The notes beneath the pieces are model-generated. The model saw only the letters and a program-made list of their open reading frames with translations, did not search any database and had not been told where the DNA came from. The position numbers and the translations under genes were made by a program. A stretch of 62,114 nt of DNA, the filler included, from Rhabdomonas costata (taxonomy: Eukaryota), in the NCBI GenBank assembly GCA_019059605.1. It is 28 parts of 28 records of this genome, joined end to end, with 100 filler letters (N's around TTAATTAATTAA, not from the genome) between each part and the next. Parts side by side here need not be neighbours in the genome. Positions count along the whole stretch, not along the records: positions 51,115 to 53,235 come from JAHMHO010005479.1; positions 53,336 to 55,456 come from JAHMHO010005480.1; positions 55,557 to 57,676 come from JAHMHO010005481.1; positions 57,777 to 59,893 come from JAHMHO010005482.1; positions 59,994 to 62,114 come from JAHMHO010005483.1; 23 more parts are not named here. One strand, written 5' to 3'. Positions 51,868 through 62,114 of the stretch are shown one piece after another (positions within the stretch are counted from its first letter, which is position 1; each line of letters begins with the position of its first letter).

Positions 51868-52687
51868 CTATGTGTCTGCTGGAGGTGTCCTTTTGCCCAA
51901 CTTATCTATCTGCAGAAATTGGAAGAAACTCCTAAGTTCCTGTCTGGCAACTATGTGGGACATGGTCACACCCTGCTGAGCATGATGTAAGTCGACAAGG
52001 GTCATTCCACGCAGGAATAGCTCTCTAAAGATCACCCTTTCACTAAATCCTGGCGCGACTCTGCATCTTACCCTGCGCGCTACCTCCTCTATGGTATTTG
52101 CCACTGCTCTCTTATTTTTTGCATCTATATTGCTCAGTCTGTTCCTTATGAGCACCCAGTCTATATTCCCTTGCTCTCTTTGGGCCTTTATCAGCTTTTG
52201 TTTCCACACTATCTCGCTGTATAGCGACAAGTTTGTCACCTGCATAGAGTCTGAATCAACTTTGGCTATAAGGTCCACGTCCAGAAAGCTGTCATTTATT
52301 GGGGTGATAATGGTATCAGCATGCGAGTGTGCTGAGGTCACCAAATCAGAAAAGCTACCAGGTGTATCCACCACAACTACATCTACCTGCTATTTTGCTT
52401 CATTTATCATACCCTCGAGCACCGCAACCTCCTCGGATGCTGGGATTGCAGAGTATTATTGCGTAGTGTGGAGGTATTTTAAGTTTGATCTCTCCATTAC
52501 GGTCGTTATATGTCTGCCTGTTCTGCATATACACAGACAGAGAATTCTGATGTTTATCGGCATCGACACTTGCCACAGATAAACCAAGGTCAAGTAGTCC
52601 AGCCACCAGGTGCATAGCGCATGTAGTCTTACCGGACCCACCTTTCACATTTCCTACTACGAATACGTGAGGTTTATTGCCTGACAT
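51868..52687 (-). pseudogene. mipZ: MipZ/ParA-family ATPase, Rickettsiaceae-like, with a frameshift and a premature stop
   Basis: GNVKGGSGKTT (deviant Walker A), VDTPGS, AHSHADTIITPINDSFLDVD, DWVLIRNRLS, GFSERVIFRELF, HIVARQELR. Frameshift near 52450 and an in-frame TAG near 52391. Confidence 0.9.
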
Positions 52688-52754
52688 TGTTCCCTAACAG
52701 CCTTGCTCTTGTTCGACAGCGGATCCCTCTTCCATCAGTTCCTGCGCTTTGGAG

Positions 52755-53200
52755 TTAGCTCTCATACGCCTTACGTACGAAGGAGTCAAGTAATGCAACC
52801 CCATAGCCGGTCGCTCCTTTTGGACAGTGATCTTTTGTTTCTTCCGAGAAAGCAACTCCGGCGATGTCCAGGTGTGCCCACTTAGCACCTTCTTTTACGA
52901 AGCTTTTTAAGAATTGTGCAGCTGTGCAGCTTCCTGCTTCTCCTGCCCTCGAGAAATGTTGGCCTGAGTTCATCATCACCAGATAATGCTCGTCCCCAGT
53001 TTCCCCAGTTTCATTGCCTGCCTCAATAAGCGTGTTGGCCAGCGCATCGTCGTCGCAAAAAAGGCCGGCGTAAGTAGAACCAAGCGCAACTTTTATCGCA
53101 CCAGTGAGTGTTGCCAAATCTATTATGACCTTTGGGTTGAATTTTCCTGTCCATACCACCGCAGGTCCGCAAGTACCAGATGACCCACTGCGTCCGTATT
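52755..53200 (-). pseudogene. pepA: Leucyl aminopeptidase (M17) C-terminus with substitutions and deletions
   Basis: NTDAVGHLVLAD (for NTDAEGRL), frameshift, IIDLATLTGAI.VALG, GSCTAAQFL, WAHLDIAG, KGATGYGVALL. The conserved LWRxPL and IADxxN segments are deleted. Confidence 0.88.
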
Positions 53201-53678
53201 GCGGACCTGCGGTGGTATGGACAGGAAAACACCACNNNNNNNNNNNNNNNNNNNNNNNNNNNNNNNNNNNNNNNNNNNNTTAATTAATTAANNNNNNNNN
53301 NNNNNNNNNNNNNNNNNNNNNNNNNNNNNNNNNNNCGTTTGAGGTTTTTTCTTTGGAAAGATTGCTGACATGGAAATGGTTGGACTGCCAGTGGCGTCAA
53401 GTTTCGGAAAAACGGGTAACCACACGGGAAGGGCGCTTGGATGTGAAAAAATCGCTTTTTTTTTTTTGCTGTGCAAGTGTGGCTGCCTTTGCACCACGGT
53501 TTGTTTCAAATGCTTTTCTCCAGTATGGTTTTAGGGATCGCGATTGTTGCCTTCAACCTCCCTCGTTTTGAAATTTGCATACAGAGAGTGCGTTTTTTCG
53601 GCTGTGAACGTCGCGAGTGTTTTTGACAAAGGCATGCTGCAGGAAAAATGCGCGCCTTTTTCCTTTTTCTCGATGCAG

Positions 53679-54657
53679 ATTTGGGGATGTTCTTCTGGAG
53701 TTTGGCTCGAGAGGGGACTGGATGTTCTTCATCCTTTCCGGAGCCGTGGACATCTTGGGACGTGACGAGAACGGCAAGGTTATCAGCGTCGCCGAGGAAG
53801 GTGGGCACTGCCTCGCCAAACAATCCCTTCTTTTCCTGAAGCACTTGCCCGAACGAGAGAGTCAATGAGGGGGAGGGGGCAGCGAGATCTGACCCGATGA
53901 AATGGAACGGAATGCCTCACCATGACTCTTGATGGATTGCAAGCCTTCACAAACCAAGGGGCCTGTGACTGTGGAAAGAAAAGATAGCAAACTGCAGCGG
54001 TAAACTTCGGAGTGAGGGTTCGCCACATCCTATTTTGGAAAAGAGATGCTAAGCGGTTTGCTTCACCCCTCGCCCTGCGAATTCATTGTCCTGGTTACAC
54101 TTTTCCTCCCTCTCCCTCTCCCTCTCCCTCTCCCTCCCCTTCCCGCACCTGTACCCGTTTTTTCCCTCATTCTTGTCCACTCAGTTGAACAAACTTCTGT
54201 TGCTGTTAGTTTTTACTAAGCGCTTTAGCCTTTTTACCTACAAATATTGCTCTCCGCGCTGCTCTCCGGGCCATACTCAGCGTAATGGCAGCTTTCGAAA
54301 GCTGCCATGGTGTTCAAGTGAAAGTTAGGTGTGCTGGCGCACGGGCTTTGTCCCGACGGCTTGAACTATGGTGCTGGTTCGGGGCTGTGCAAGGTGGGCC
54401 TGACAGAGTAACTTGAGGGGTCCCTCTAAATAGGAACGTTCTCAGCAGGGAGCTGGTTAGCCGTGTTTTTTTTTACGCCGGAACGGTTTGCAACAACAGG
54501 GCCCGGGGGTGTGATTGGGGAGCTGGAAATGCTCACCAAGCAGTCCTGTGTGGCCGACGTAGTGGCCAAGGAGAAGGTTGTGGCGCTGAAGCTGCGCCGC
54601 TCGGACTTTCTGCGGGTGATGAAGGACAGCGAGGAGGCCGTGCGGGGACAGATCCGG
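53679..54657 (+). CDS. Cyclic-nucleotide-binding-fold protein, PKA regulatory subunit-like, exons 53679-53800 and 54500-~54657
   Basis: GDVLLEFGSRGDWMFFILSGAVDILGRD..E/GPGGVIGELEMLTKQSCVADVVAKEKVVALKLRRSDF, joined by an in-phase GT-AG intron. Confidence 0.85.
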
Positions 54658-55908
54658 GGCTCTCCCCACACTTACGCCCGCCCTGGAGCCCTGAGGAGGC
54701 CCGTCCCTGCGGCGATAAAGCCCTTCTTGACGATGTGAGGGGGGAGCGGAGAGAAGGATGGGTGCCGCCTTCCTCCCAGGCAACGCCGTGTCTCCTTTGT
54801 TTTTTTTTCATTCGCCACAATAATACGTTGTTGTAGCTCTGTATAGGTGTGTGTTTGTGTGTGTATGTGTGAGTGCGTGCGCGCGCCCGGGGCCGTCGGA
54901 CTTACCTCAAACCCCCGCTGCCCATTCTGAGTGTAACAGTGACTCTTTTGCTGTGTCCCTTGTGGTGTAGTCTCCGAAGTGCTTCCGGTTGACGTCACGC
55001 CAAACCAGAGACAGGGAGTCTTTGGCACAATTGCATTTAGAGGGTCCGTGATGATTCTTTGGATTTTAGTGGTTTAAGGCAGTCGCGGAGCGGCGCTCAG
55101 ATTGAAGTTGTGAGCATGGGCCAGATTATCGAGTGAGAGGGGTGCAGCTTGCACTTCCCCAAAACCTTCGCAACACGAAAAGCACAAAACAACAAAGAAT
55201 CATCACTGACTCCAGATTCCCTTTTCGCCACAATTGCATGTAGACAACGGTATCTATATCTTACCCCATCGGCTGTGCAGAAGAAAGTGTCACACCGAAT
55301 CATGAATTTCGTCGCCGTTCTAGAAATCTGAGGTGAGGAGCACAGGCGTTTTTGATTTGATCGCTGGGCTCGCGTGCAGAGGAATGCACTCAATTGGAAA
55401 GGGGATTTCCCTCGCGAATTTCCTCGAGAAACGCAGTGTGCTGTTGCCAACCCACANNNNNNNNNNNNNNNNNNNNNNNNNNNNNNNNNNNNNNNNNNNN
55501 TTAATTAATTAANNNNNNNNNNNNNNNNNNNNNNNNNNNNNNNNNNNNNNNNNNNNCCCCCCTTCTCAAACAAAACCCCGCACCAAAAGGGAAAACTGGA
55601 AATAATCTTGCGCAAAGAAAAGGTTGCACTCGTAAAGTGGCAAACATCGATTCATCTTGTTACTTTGAGCTGTTGGCTGTTGGCCGTTGACTGCTCTTGG
55701 GGGGTTTTCCCTTTTTTTTTTTAGTACTTGACGCATTGTCCCCCCCTCTTTTTTTTAACCTTAGAGAGCTAGCCCAAGTCTTCATACTTCATATCTTGAC
55801 AGAATTGTGTCGATATGCTTCTGGTTGAAGGTCTCGTTGAAGTACGGGTAAGTTCTCTGTGCATCAAAAGCCGATGTGTGAGAAGCTGAACCTAATGACT
55901 TTTCACAG

Positions 55909-57352
55909 GTCACGGAGAAGTACTTCGACAAGATCGCGCAGTCCTGTGGGTTTAACGTGGATCTCAAGGTGGACTGGATTGACAGCGTGGCAAAGCTCAA
56001 GGAGGCCGCTGTGCAACCCGACCTGGTGGTGCTTCAGCTGGGCACTGCGCACATCCTGGAGCGTGTGTTGGATGTCACCCACACCCCGGCCAAGCGCCGC
56101 GAAGGCGTGCTGCTCACGCGCTCTCACTCCGTCTGTGAACTGGGTGGCCTCTATTGCAGGGAATTGGCCAACAACACCTGCAAGACTTTTGTAAACTGGC
56201 GCATCCCTCGCCGTTGTAGATGAGCTCAGACGCACACTGCTGTTGCAATATCATGCATAGATATGTGCCCTCTTGTGACCTGTAAGCGGAAACCTAGCTG
56301 TGGTATTTGTGTTCGGGTTCCTCCACAGTCCATTTGAACGATCGGGACGATCGTGCTCCTTTCCGCCTGCGTGCACTTTCTACTGTCAAAAAGGTTGTGA
56401 GGCCTCCAAGCAGTGGATTTCCCATTATGTCCAGCAGGCTGCGAGCCTTACAACCCCTAAGACGCTGCTGCTGATTCAGGGCGTTGCCTCCCCCTTCACC
56501 TCTCCGGACGGTATGTGTGTGTTTGTGTGTGTGCGTGAATGTGCATTCTTCCATTTTCAGTTCTTTCAGTTCGGTCACCTTCTTGAAAAATCTGTGATTT
56601 GCCAGATTGTATGTGAGTAAACCATCTTTGTCGGTCTTCAGCAGGGGCCCAGTAGCGTAAGTGTTTCCCTGCTCTCCTTTCTCACCACTTTCCTGCCCGA
56701 GGCTTTCAGTGGGCCTTGATTGTCCATACGGATTCTGGCAGGTATTTCTTTGTCCTCCACCCCCTTTCCCTCACGCACTGACACCAGTATGGCGCGAAGC
56801 ACGCAAGACATTCCAAATGTTGTACTGTGGTACTGGATGCAATGTCGCTTCTTTATAATAGTTGTGCACGGAAAGAGAGAAACTTCAAGAAAAGAACGTC
56901 ATTGCTTGCGACGTGGGGTAGATTTTTAAGGGCTCCAAATTGAATTGAAAACCCCTGATCTTTCCCCTCTGCACCTGACACAAGCTCCCCCATTGGCAAG
57001 CGATTAGAACTGCAACGTGCAGTTTCCAGAATGTCTCAGCAGCAATGTTTGGAACGAACAAGGAAATATTTTGCAGCAAAAGCAGAACAGTGAGAAAAAA
57101 TGGTACGTGCAGTTTAGGATACTCTGTGAAGAGAAGCACACACTCCGCGCTTGCGCTGGCCTTCCCACACCTTTCTTGACTCTTTGCATTGCAGGGGCGC
57201 GGTCCTTTATGGCGAAGGACGACCCCTGCCGGCTCGTGGAGGAGCTCAACGACCACCTCCGCAATGAGGTCCGAGGGCTGCCCAACGCCGGGTTCGTCGA
57301 CGAGGAGAACATCTTCGCCGCGCACGGCAAGAACATGCTCGTGGACGACGTG
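55909..57352 (+). CDS. Intron-containing gene resembling the N-terminal domain of FkbH-like (HAD-IIIC) proteins
   Basis: QPDLVVLQL; LLLIQGVASPFTSPD/GARS..RLVEELNDHLRNEVRGLPNAGFVDEENIFAAHGKNMLVDD. The GT-AG intron 56511-57194 is in phase. Confidence 0.45.
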
Positions 57353-60300
57353 GTGTGTAAGGGAGCACACCCCACGTCGGCAGCTTCACCGTTGCTGTGC
57401 GGGATTGTGTTGTTTGCTTCGGGCGCGCGGTATTTATCTTGCCATCACAGGAGGTGGCCAAACGATGGCAGGGGATGTGGTAAAAAGGTTCGAGGTTCTT
57501 TGTACAGCTGTCGATCCACGTGAGACGAAAGAGCAACCACCACTGAAAAACCCACGTGCCGCCTTTTTTTCAAAGGGGGCGGAGGTGTTCCCCCTTTACT
57601 TTGTTTTTGCTGTATTCCGGTAGATGGCGGGCGGGGATGGGGGATAGGGATGGGGCGGATGTTCAGCAAAAACACCNNNNNNNNNNNNNNNNNNNNNNNN
57701 NNNNNNNNNNNNNNNNNNNNTTAATTAATTAANNNNNNNNNNNNNNNNNNNNNNNNNNNNNNNNNNNNNNNNNNNNCTTCTTTCTTTCTTTCTTTTCTTT
57801 CTTTCTTTTGCTATTCTTCAGGTTGGCTGCCACGAAAGCGAATGGGCGGAGGTTCAGCTGAGGTGTCATTGGGATCTTAGAATGTTGCTCCTACTGACCG
57901 GAACACGTCCGCTTATAGCAGCGGTTTTATTTTGGTACTGTACTTTTTGGCTTGTTTTGTTTTCTTTGGCTTTGCCTTTAATTCTCCAATTTTTATCGCT
58001 CAAGAAAAAGGGTCAAACGTCATCCCAAACGCGGAAGCGTTTTAGATTTCTGTCTTCGGGCTTCAATTCAAATGCAACGAAGTGTTGAACCGAAAACTGA
58101 CTTCGGTAGCACCTCTCCCTCCGCCCCTGTAAGTCATGCCCATGCACAGCGGAGTGCTACGTCCCAGCCCGTGTCCCTTTGGCCAACTTTTGCCAGATCA
58201 ATCTTAGCGGAGAGCAGCTGAGGAGACTGTGTGCGGCCGCATTGCTGAAAAGAAACGGCCTTCCTTGTCCAGTGCACAGATCTGTGTGCGGGGGTGCAGC
58301 TTCGGACGCCTGTGCTCAATTACCGAAGTCAGCGTGTGGCAGTGTGCTCGACTCTGTGTTGGATACTGGGGGATTAGTATTTTCAGGGGTTCCCCTTTGA
58401 ATCACTTGGGCTCACTTGGGCTGAATCAGCATTTCAACACGCTTGTGTCCCTGCGTCAGATCTTTTAGTTCTTTGCAGTTTGGTTTCTTTTCTGAAGGGT
58501 AAGCGGGAATATCTCTATCTTCACCAACGATGGAGTTTTTGAAGCACACCGAGACATCGACACTTCGCGTTTCTTTTTCGCCCTTTAATAGCATGAATGC
58601 ATACAAACGCCATTCATTCCGCGCAAGCATTCAGGGAGTCGAAATAAGTATTCTAGTTTCGGGATGTTTCCACTCATCTAGGCGGATTTCCCCCCCCCCA
58701 CCCTCAATCCAGGTTTGAAATCCTCAGTAACATCATGGGTTATTGAACAGGAATTGTTGTGAGATAGGGTTTGACTCCGTCCTCACTCGCACTGGCGTTT
58801 GTAGGGGTACGAAGTACGAAACCGTAGCTGAGAAAGGGTTGCAGGGCCTTTGTATGGTGGTTTTGGTATTTCTGGCAGCATCGTTGTTGCAGATTGTCTA
58901 TAGCTTGAAAAAACTGCCGGCCGGAACCGCAGCTATGTTTTGATTACCTGAAATGTAGTCGTTTATTGCTCGAAAAATTTTCTTGTTGAGAAGGTGTTAC
59001 CTGGTTTTTTGTCACATGGTTCAAAAACGTCAAACGTTTTGCACACGCATACCCCAAAGCACTAGACGGACAAGGGGTGAGTGTAGTTTTTCGAATTACT
59101 CAAAAACACGGTCAGCTGTTTGCCCCCCTCGAGTGTGGCGCCCTGCCTCCACGCGGAGCGTGGGGGACAACGGCCGGTCTCCTCCCGTCTGCCGGCGAAG
59201 AGCACCCGAACCCTGCAGCCCGAACCCCGGTTTCCTTGGCCCGAGCGCTCTTCCTCTCAGCCCGTCGGAAGCAGCTGGGCTCCCTCCCGGAAAGCCCGGA
59301 ACCGGGCGATCCACCCAAAGCACGGCAACGGCCCCAAGGGTGGGGCTCAGCGGGGCCTTGGTAGGGGAATTGCATTGTTTCCGGTTTATCAGAAAATTCT
59401 CCCACCCCCACCCAACCCTACCTTGCGGATCGTTGCCTCTTCCTTCTCTTTCACCGTTACATATCAATGGCAAGGGGACAATTTTTGTGGCACGTGCTTT
59501 TCTGCAGCTCTTTCACTGTGCTTCGGTCTGAGGTCATGATCGCCAGCTTGCGTTGCTAAATGTGCCAGCGAACTTGAACTTAGTGGCCTTAGTTTTTATG
59601 TTCATATCACAGCCGACGGTGCAACGTCGCCGCCTGACCATAACCACGTATGACTTACCCATGGTTTATCACCAAACGCACCGAACCGAGACCAGTGCCA
59701 TATGAAGGATGGTTTGCCAGAAACGAAAATACATTCCTATCCCGGAATCGACCACCCTTATTGTCATTGCATAACGCTTGCTGAGAAGCAGCCGGTGAAC
59801 TTCCAGACACCTCACTGGGCCTCAGGGTCTCCTTCAGGGGCTTCGGGATGTTGAAGTTTTCCACCAAATATCTTGTTGTCTACCCACAACCACNNNNNNN
59901 NNNNNNNNNNNNNNNNNNNNNNNNNNNNNNNNNNNNNTTAATTAATTAANNNNNNNNNNNNNNNNNNNNNNNNNNNNNNNNNNNNNNNNNNNNGTTTTTG
60001 TGTTGCCTGGTGCACTCACTCGCGCAAGGCAAGACAAAAATACAAAGTCTGAATGTTTTTGCCGCGTAATTTTTTGGCAGGGCTTTTTGCGGCTTCTTGG
60101 TTGTGGCCCCAGCCGCTTTTCGGGTTTTTCAGGCCTTTCTGAAGTGTGAATGCACATCAGGCACCTGGCATCTGGCATGGGGCTTTCCAAGCACATGGCT
60201 ATGTTAGTTGTAGCTGCGCCAACAAATGCTTGCCTGGCTTTTAGCTAATGATTGGCTATATCTTGAGTATCTTGAGTTGTCCTTGCCCATATGCGATCCT

Positions 60301-60455
60301 CGCAATACCGAAACGCTTATCAGATAGTTCAGGGGTTTCCGTAGCAGGGTCGAAGTAGGAAGGCTCCTGCACCCATAGGAAAACCAGAGCGTCACTTGGT
60401 CTGCAATGCCAGTCCTCATCGACCTTTGATTTTTGCTCATTGTGCTTTGTGTTCA

Positions 60456-61240
60456 GTCTCGGTCTCTGGGAAGCGCAGAAATGGCGAAGCTCACGGCTGA
60501 GGTCCGCGAGCTGCAGCGCAGGCAGCCCCCTCCCACTGAAGCTGACATCCTGCCCGCGGTTAGCCAGGTCACTACCTCACCGCCACCGCCACCCCGACTA
60601 CTGCCACCAGTACAGACCACCAGGCCGCCAAATAGTTCCTCTGCTTCGTTAGGGTTTCACGGGGTTTTTAGCATCTACTCGAGGCGTATTCTGACAAATC
60701 ATTTGCGTCTCATCCTTGTTCCTCTTGTGCATGTGCGCTCTTCGAATGATGTTGGCGTGTGTGTCTGTGTGAGTCAGCCGAAGAAATCAAAGCCTCCCGC
60801 ACACCACTGCCGAGCAATCATGTGCATGTGCCCACAGGGCGTAATTATGGCAACCGGATTCAGTCATAGCTCACCTTTCATTGAGACCCCGGGGACTTCA
60901 CGTATGGTTGGCCTTTTAAAAAGAATTATGTAAAAATTCCGTAAAAAAAAACGACTTGGCCGTACAAGTAAATAACGGTCAGAAAATTTGTTGAAAAAAG
61001 ATTACTGTGTGGCTCGACGCTACAGCAGCATACGTCGGTATAGCATCGAGTCATCCTTTTACACGCTTGCCATTGCTGTTTTTGCGCCGACGTTGCGGAT
61101 TCGCTGGGGATGCAGGTGTGGCCTGTTACTTGCGTGGGTAAGTGGGTGGGTGGGTAATCCGGGTTTCTTTTGCTGGAAGTCTCTCGAGGTGTTCGAGAGG
61201 CACTGCCGGGGACTGGAGCAGGAGATCGAACTGCTGAAGG
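60456..61240 (+). CDS. Exons of an unknown coiled-coil protein
   Basis: GC3-rich segments EMAKLTAEVRELQRR and SLEVFERHCRGLEQEIELLK, each preceded by an AG acceptor. Confidence 0.35.
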
Positions 61241-61539
61241 CCTCTGCCTCAGTGCCCAAAACCCCCATGAGCCCCAGGCCCAGGCTATCCCATCAGCCCA
61301 CACCACAGACCACAGTTGACACCTCATTTTCGGTGCGCGCCCGCACATCCCTCTCTTTCTTATATATATTGCCCCCTATCCCGGTACAACCTGTCCTAGC
61401 AGTTGCATAATCCTCTCTCGCGTCACCCTTAGTTTTGGCCTTTCGTGTTTGCAAAGGATTGGTTTGAGTTCCACTCGCCACGTGCTCAGGGGGGCACATG
61501 GGCGTGGTTGTGGCGAAGGGCCGAGGCCATTGAGTGTTC

Positions 61540-61573
<34 letters not shown>

Positions 61574-61798
61574 CACCTCTATGGGGCGGTCCAAGAGAGC
61601 CACCATATGATGCTAAAAACTGTGGGGCGTGTGTGAACCTTAGTGTTTGAGCAGCGTCGGGAAGCTTGCGGGCAGAGTTGTGATGTTTTGAAGTGGAGGG
61701 AGGTGCAGAGCATTGTGGCATGGTTCCGCGGACGTATGAGTTTCGACGACTGCTGGGTGAACATCAGGACCGCGTTGAAAGCAGTTTCGGTTCATGTC

Positions 61799-62112
61799 TG
61801 TTACAAATTGGAGTGTGTTGGCAATATCTCTATTCCAACTTCGACCTTCGACCAAGCTGAACAGAATCCAACTTCGGCAAAGAAAGGAAAGAGTGGGGGT
61901 TTCCCGACTTATAGTTGAGCCAGCCTTCGGTGACGTTTTCGACGGCCTTGAGTTCCATCGCTGGAATCCCCGCGAGATGGAGTCCGGTTTCAAATAGGTA
62001 TCTTTCTTTTGTTCATCCACTTGAGTTTCCTTGTCGAAGTTGGATTCTGTTCAGCTTGGTCGAAGGTCGAAGTTGGAATAGAGATATTGCCAACACACTC
62101 CAATTTGTAACA
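61799..62112. repeat. 78-bp perfect inverted repeat (61799-61876 / 62035-62112)
   Basis: TGTTACAAATTGG...CCAACTTCG and its exact reverse complement at the window end. Confidence 0.92.
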
Positions 62113-62114
62113 AA

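Noticed and set aside
53142-53229. 31-bp inverted repeat as a terminator or regulatory hairpin
   Set aside because: The right arm is an inverted copy of pepA coding sequence at the contig end, which is a template-switch chimera.
2127-59993. Regularly spaced TTAATTAATTAA motif as a biological repeat or CRISPR-like array
   Set aside because: It is always embedded in N runs of fixed length, so it is an artificial concatenation linker.
1-62114. Operon-like or clustered system spanning neighbouring genes; rRNA, tRNA or SL-RNA genes
   Set aside because: The contigs are of near-identical length and appear ordered by size rather than position, so cross-spacer linkage is meaningless. I recognised no structural RNA gene by eye.

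Overview
This window is not one locus. It joins 28 unrelated contigs of about 2.1 kb, separated by 27 artificial 100-bp spacers (N44-TTAATTAATTAA-N44), so adjacency across a spacer has no biological meaning. G/T-rich contig starts, C/A-rich contig ends, primer-like remnants and terminal fold-backs point to whole-genome-amplified, probably single-cell, material. Most contigs come from an intron-rich eukaryote with short GC3-rich exons and GT-AG plus several GC-AG introns. It is probably a flagellated euglenozoan, inferred from an ODA-docking subunit, CRE/SLACS-type retroelements and a trypanosomatid-PKAR-like cNMP pocket. Recognisable gene fragments include MAK and AGC kinases, BRE/BABAM2, CCAR1, a CPS large chain, an HMG box, ITFG1, kinesin-3, a PDR-type ABCG, a TPR protein, a Cys-rich surface protein, an amidase and a FkbH-like protein. 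Two contigs carry bacterial genes (a Rickettsiaceae-like pepA-mipZ-yihY block, and der) in which every gene is broken, which suggests decaying endosymbiont DNA, possibly inserted in the host nucleus. Other notable items are a CPS domain lacking its metal ligands, a cNMP domain with a nucleoside-type pocket and an orphan Dam-like methyltransferase of DIRS type. All family calls come from motif recognition by eye; no searches were run.
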